Below are positions 57,937 to 64,000 of a stretch of DNA of 64,000 nt, piece after piece. The notes under the pieces are model-generated. The model was not told where the DNA came from and did not search any database. It saw only the letters and a program-made list of their open reading frames with translations. Source of the stretch: Selaginella moellendorffii (lineage: Eukaryota > Plantae > Lycopodiophyta); NCBI RefSeq assembly GCF_000143415.4, contig NW_003314269.1, forward strand, positions 2,487,544 to 2,551,543, in the 5' to 3' direction. Every line of letters begins with the position of its first letter. The stretch's first letter is position 1. A program made the position numbers and the translations under genes.

Positions 57937-59191
57937 TATAAAGGCCAAAGATGGAGTGATGCACGAACCTGGGCATAAGCATTTCCTTTGGTGTACTCGG
58001 TAACACCATAGTTGTAAGTCAGCTCCATCACAGTGGTCTTATCTTCCTCCGCGTATCCCATCATCGCAAGCGTGTACTGCACACTCACGCACGAGACAAG
58101 CATAGAAGCATGAGGCGAGAAACTTTAAGCTTACCTTGTACTCGGGATTGTCACGCTTGCGGAGGAGCTTCATTCCAAGCGCCTGGAACAAAAGACCATG
58201 AAGAAAGACACGAATGGTTTAAGCACGTTGATATACCTTCTCATAGAAGCTGATGGATCGATCGAGATCACCAACACGCAGCATGACTTGACACAGAGGC
58301 TCCGGGGTCGCTGGTCTCTGAATAAGCTCGAACTTGTATCCATCGGGATCATCCACAAAGGCTATCACAGTGGATCCTCCTTTGACAGGACCCGCCTCTC
58401 TCGAAACTTTCCCACCTTTGGCTTTAACCAAATCCACGGTTTTGTACACCTGTAGTTTCATATGAGCTCACAGCTATGAATCTCAAACTCACTCACGTCC
58501 TCGACAGCAATCCCGAAATGTCCAAATCCAGTTCCAATATCGTACTTATCAACTCCATAGTCTTGCAAAAAGAAATTGATCAAAACAGCGCATTGAGAGG
58601 AAAGGTCTGAGAAAAACTTACTGTATGTGAGCTCTACGACGAAGTGACTGTCCTCGGGTCCATAACCCAGGAAAGCATTCGTGTACCTCTCTTCGGGAAT
58701 GTCACGCTTGCGCAAGAGCTTCATTCCAAAACACTCAGTGTAAAATCTAAGGACAAAAAGCAAAGATGATCCCACAGAAAAAGAAAAAAAAAAGAAAAAA
58801 AAACCAACCGAAGAACTCACTTGATCGTCTTATCCAAATCGCCAACACGGTACACGACATGTAGCATGCGGCGATTATCCTTTTGTGCCCATTCCAGAAC
58901 GCTCTCCTTTCCAGTGTCCAATTCCGCCGCTTCGGTAGACGCCATCCCTCTGATCCTCTGCCGGAAACCACCTGCAACACCAAAGCCATCGATAATCCAA
59001 GCCCGATGGAGTAGAAAATCCATACCAGCAGCGGGAGCTCGATCAATGCGGCGCCCGACGATCCTCGCGCAGCTGGAATGCAGCGATGTGGATTGAAGAG
59101 ACGAAGAGCAGCGATTAGACGAAGAAGCTAGCGCCGCCCTGTGGATCCGCGACACACAAGGGACCGAAACCCTCAATGCCATGTCTCCCAT
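57642..59191 (-). CDS. GLXI: Glyoxalase I (lactoylglutathione lyase), two-domain type with transit peptide, multi-exon
   Basis: [84 protein letters not shown] and [12 protein letters not shown] motifs. Confidence 0.96.
57901..57933. repeat. (AG)n microsatellite forming a glyoxalase intron polypyrimidine tract
   Basis: Perfect AG run directly before the 3' splice site on the minus strand. Confidence 0.95.
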
Positions 59192-59331
59192 CTTTCCACC
59201 TGGCTAAATATTTCGTTTCGCGGCCTCCCTAGATTCGACCTCGCGACCGGGCTAGTTAGCTATTGTCCAGACGATAGAATACATTCTATACATCCAAATG
59301 AAGCATAAGCATATGACTGGTTCTTATTCTC

Positions 59332-61916
59332 TTAAATCCTCGTGGCTTCTTCCCCATCGAATTCGTCTCCTTCATCGCCTTCTTCTTCCTCCGGAGGGGG
59401 GCTTTCTTCTCGCTGCCTCGGCTTTTGCTGCCTGGGATTGAAAGGCATCCTCGGATCTACTCCGATCTTCTTCATCAATCGCTCCCTCACGGTCGTGTTG
59501 GCTTTGGTGTTTGAGGCTTTCTTCACCGGCGATGGCTTCGTTCCGTGCATTAGCTTCGACACCGAGGCCGACTTTACTTCCTGGAATTCGAGCTCTTGTG
59601 ATATCTAAACACGCGGGGGAAGAGTATTGAGACTTTTACCTTTCGTCCTCCTCGAGAGTATGGCTTTGGTTTCCGACGTGGTCGATCACTGTCTTCTGAG
59701 TACTCTGATTCATCGTCAAACTCTTCGTCAGTGTCGCTGCTGGTCGCATCTCCGTCCTTTTCCACGTCGAAATCCTCGTCGTCGTCCTTCCGGTTTTCAT
59801 CGTACAATACCTGCATTGGCACGAGAGGTGTGTGACTACCACATGTAGAAAGTATGAGCTTACCTCTCCTTCATCGTCCTCTTGCTCTTCCTCCACCTCT
59901 TCTTCCTCATTTTCGAGCTTTTCTGGCTTCACCTGAAACATATGCAAGAATTATAGTAGATTAAGTCGAATCCCTTCGCTTACGCTTGTCTCGCCTTCCG
60001 TCGGGCTCGTCAAACCCACATCCGGATTGCTTTTCTGCCACATACACATGTGAGCAACCATAAAAATGCCACTTTGTTTGTTACCTTCACTTTTAAGATG
60101 TTCTCGAGTTCTTTCAAAAGTTCAACCGGGTCAGAAATGTCGGGAGGCACCTCACCGCCATCCTTAGACTGAAGAAAACACGAGTCTTGTAAGAACGTAA
60201 GCATGAACACTACCCATCTTACCTGCAACCAAAACTTGAGACCTCTTACAAGTTTCGGAAGACCTTCCTTTTCCCAGCTAGTAACCTCTTCTTTGCCAGA
60301 GTCATCTTTTAGTAGCTGTAAATAGCGAGTTGCAGTATACCTATAATTTCAAACATGAGCTACACAAATCTGCCATGGAAGTATCACATACCACATTAGC
60401 TGCTTATAGAAGGGAAACCGAAACTTTTGGCGAACTTTGAGCCGCTCCTCCATCAGCCAAGTATTGTAAGGTCAAGGAAAAGAATCTGTCGCTGTCATCC
60501 AAAGAACAAGATAAAGGATATATGTCGAGCTGAAGCCCCAAATTGTAGCCTGTCAGGAAATTTCCACCAATAACTATCGAGTCGGCGTGAGTTACAACAC
60601 AATGCGGCCAGCCCCCAGGCCTGCAGCAAAAGAAACGTTAGATGGATGTGCAAACTAGCGAATAGAAGAACGGCTTACAGTAGGAGAGTGTCTCCAGTCG
60701 AGAGCTCGACTTTCTGGCCTCCGCTAGCTCGCTCTGCAAAGAACACGCTAGCCTGCAAGGCCGCTTCTCTCATAAAACAATGCTAACATCGAAAACTAAA
60801 TACCTGCCTGCCTATCTGAAGAAGACCATTCTTCGAAAAGCATGAGGTTTCCCTTTGTTGGAGGGATCATCAAAAATGTCTTTTTCCCACTGCAAAACAA
60901 GCGTTTACACAAACAGAAAAAAGGAGACAATACCAGCACCTACCTTATAACATGATACCACACCGAGGAGCCTCCAAAATCAAGATGAAAATCCATGAAA
61001 CAACCCTCAACGCTCATTATCGCATAGAGCTGGACCTATTTGTAGACTACGTTTGAGTAAAGCCATGCGTACAGTGACGAAGTCGCAAACCTCTGGAATG
61101 GTGGTACTCTGGTTACGAGGCCACGCCTTCTCCACAAGGTCCAGCTCTTTCACTAAGGAAGGCGCACTGACCTATACAGGAACATGCCGTGTTATCCTTC
61201 TGAAAAAATAATGACTTTTGAGCTCAAGGTGAGGGAATTTACGGCCTCACCATTTTCTGGAGCGGAGTGTTCGCCAGATCCAGTGACACAACGTTTAGTA
61301 AAGGCTTCTTTGGATTTGGCGACGAGAAATACGACACCCAATCCTCCATAGCATACACGGGACCTTCAGCCTGATTCCCAAAGAAGAAGTGAGAAGAACG
61401 ATAAGCAGAAAAAAAATACCTGTGTGGTAACATCTATAGTTTCGATCTGCCGGTCGAAGCCAACCAGCTTAGCCAAATCCTCGACAGTCAATTGTGTCTC
61501 CGGGAGCCTAGAACAACCAGGAATGCGAAAGAGATAAAAGAATTTAGCAAAAGTAAGCGAGAACAAAGAAAAAGAAAGCATCCATACCTTAGCCCAAGAG
61601 CAGAGGCACCATCGTCCACAGCTCTCACGACACACGGGTTCTTAAAGCCCGTGGAGTGCACATAGTGTGACAAATCCTTGGCCTCCACGACGGGCACGGC
61701 GGTGGCTGCGAGAGTCTGGCCCCCTCCGCCTCCGCCTCCTCCTCCGCCTCCCTGGCTGCCGATCTCGGCCTCGCCTTGAGAAGCATCGTCCCACTTGGCC
61801 ACCGCCCGCGACAGCTTCCTGTACTGAACCCTGGTGCAATCGTCGAAGCCCGTCTCGTCCAGGCGCGCGTAATCCACCGCCACTCTCTGCCGCTTGGAGC
61901 GCCTCACCTGTGCCAT
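59332..61916 (-). CDS. JmjC-domain histone demethylase, KDM2/KDM7 (JHDM1/PHF8/Jhd1)-type, multi-exon
   Basis: Spliced sequence reads IETIDVTTQ...WVSYF...LLNVVSLDL...[49 protein letters not shown]...[25 protein letters not shown]...[28 protein letters not shown]. The HxD...H triad is present. Confidence 0.92.
60461..60521 (-). other. U12-type (minor spliceosome) AT-AC intron
   Basis: 5' site ATATCCTTT, branch site TTCCTTGAC about 11 nt before the terminal AC. Removing these 61 bp restores the conserved JmjC frame. Confidence 0.92.
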
Positions 61917-64000
61917 GGTTTCTCCCCCTCCCTCGCGAAATTCAGTCACATTCTTCGCGCCCAGGCGCTGCCGCCTAGCTCGCGCCCACCAAGATTAGCT
62001 CGCCCGTGAGCTTTAGGTCAAGATAGAATATTCTACCTTCGCAACGGGAATATTATTTTCTTGCCCTCTGTTCTTTTGCGATGCAACGAAGAAGCTAAGC
62101 GCCACGAGCAGCCAGGGTAGCCAAGTCTTTGCGTGTGAGGAATATGGACTTTCTTCGATTTTCATTTTTCCCTGTTCATTCAGTCTGCTTTTTACAAGCA
62201 TTGTGTAGTGGATTTGCAGCAGCCAGTTTGTCCAAATGAAGAAGATCTCGCAATGCAACCTCCACGCTGATGGATCAATTTGCATTGGTATCCTGCAACA
62301 ATTCTTGGCCACAAAGTCAGTCTTCACATCTTGCTCCTGGCTTTGCAGGTGAGAAACTTTGTGAAACTTTTAGCTTCCCACGTCAAACTTGACTATTTTG
62401 ATTTCACTACAAAGGTGATCCATTCTAGTGTTAGGCACCAAGTTAAGATGATAAGATAACAAAATGTAGCTCCATTCTAGTAGGGCAAGAATAATATTTA
62501 ACATGTGGTGGCAAATCCTAAAGGACCTTCTAAAGGGAGACTTATGACAAAAACCATGGTGATCAGAGGGTGGGTTATATATGATCATAGATGATCATTC
62601 CTGAATTTGGGAGGGCACTTGTATGCAAACCATGAGAGACTACAGCATAGATTAGCAACGAAAATAAAAACTAGGAAACTTTAAAAGTAAGACACTAAGT
62701 CTCATTCCCTTTAGAACATTGGAACTCTTTATTTCCCTATGCTATAATCTCTTATATGGTTTGAGTACAAGTACCCTCCCAATGGTCGTGGGCTTATGTA
62801 CTTGTGGAGTAGTGAGTCAATAACTTGCTCTTGAAAATCTAGAAGTTGTGAGAGTTGGAGATGCAAGAATGCTTGGCCTTTGCATTAGTTGGCTCTCACA
62901 AAGAAAATCTTACTCATGAGCAGCAAACTGGGTAAAATAGAAAAGATTCACATACTAGGTTCCAATTGCCTTAAGCACGCTTGAAAAAGGCAAGAGCAAA
63001 GCTAAATTATCTCACTCTAGAGAAGGGAGAGGAGTAAGGTTGTTAATTGTCACTAGAAGGGCTCATGGTAGGAAGTGCAGTAGTAGGCACAGATGTGGCA
63101 AGAGGAGTATGACATGTCAACAGCTGTAAAGAGGAAGGAGTGGATATATAGGTGACCTAAGCATCTTGGGCAGATGGAATGACATGTAAAGAAGGCAATG
63201 TTTGAAATTGGATCTTTGTAGGCTCAACCAAGTGACAGGATTCAGGTAGTGCATTAAAAATGATAATTTGGAAACACCTAAGTTTTTAGAAGTGAGACAC
63301 CAAGTCTCACTCACTAACACTAAATAACAACCTTGATCAAATGAGCAGAATAGAATGATACATTGCAATTTTAATTTCAAACGATAGGTTAAAGTTGAAG
63401 AAATCAATACATTCTTGCTTGAGCCAGTCCACCACTGTAGCATAAAGACTATCTAAAGGATTTGGAAAGGGAAAAGATGAATAAAAAGGTAGAGAGATAA
63501 AAGTGATGAAAGTTAAGGTGGAACAAAAGTGAGAGGAATAAAAGATATAAGAATATAAGATAATCAGGAAAAACTTCAAATTCATACTTGGCATAATTGT
63601 GTTACAATTGATTTATATTAAGTATGAAGTCAAAAATTTAACTTGACACCACCTATAATGATTGGAGCTCAACCTTGAGATCACCTATATATACATCTAA
63701 ATCCACCTCATTTTGTGCATATATATATGTACACAATCATTGTCATAAAGAATGAAGATTAGCTCTATTGCATGACATAAATGTAAATAACAATCTATTA
63801 TAACAAATTGAGCAATAGAAAATAAATTAAAACCTATATCAACTAATACAAAAAAGATAACAAGGGACTTTTTGTTATAAAACTAAACTTGAAACATAAA
63901 CATTGGATGAATTAGTGTTAAATGAATATTTTTATAGTATTCTTGAAAAAAGGATGGAAGGGTCACTAATTTATTCATGCAAGGTCTCTCTATTATTTAC

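Noticed and set aside
62013-64000. AT-rich terminal region with short ORFs (similar stretches at 1-1360, 30100-31050 and 51990-52750)
   Set aside because: Possibly transposon-derived, but no termini or protein motif could be supported by eye.

Overview
Gene-dense land-plant nuclear DNA. Many introns are only 50-60 bp, intergenic gaps are very short, and one PLS-type PPR is rich in 31-aa motifs. This points to a compact lycophyte genome such as Selaginella (inference). Left to right: two tandem MAPKKKs; an RNA Pol III RPC9-like gene that the ORF track largely misses, head-to-head with LpxK (52 bp between ATGs); an ERI-type exonuclease; two EXORDIUM/PHI-1 genes; CesA; a P-class PPR; a decayed tandem duplication (GT47 - orphan ORF - PPR 5' end) carrying a small, internally deleted LTR retroelement with LTRs, PBS, PPT and TSD; an orphan 382-aa gene; GT47 exostosin; a divergent dirigent; RAD51B; tRNA-Ala(CGC); a xylanase-inhibitor/aspartic-protease-fold gene; a dirigent; an O-fucosyltransferase-family gene; a PLS-E PPR; a nodulin-like MFS; an F-box gene; an orphan repeat protein; glyoxalase I; and a KDM2/KDM7(JHDM1)-type JmjC gene. 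Highlights: the KDM2/7-type JmjC gene, whose frame needs a U12 AT-AC intron and a GC-AG intron; the ultra-compact RPC9/LpxK promoter; a perfect 40-bp antisense copy of a glyoxalase exon just past its own stop codon; and repeated local capture of gene fragments that were then shortened by deletions. I found no clear multi-gene novel system. All gene models were spliced by hand.
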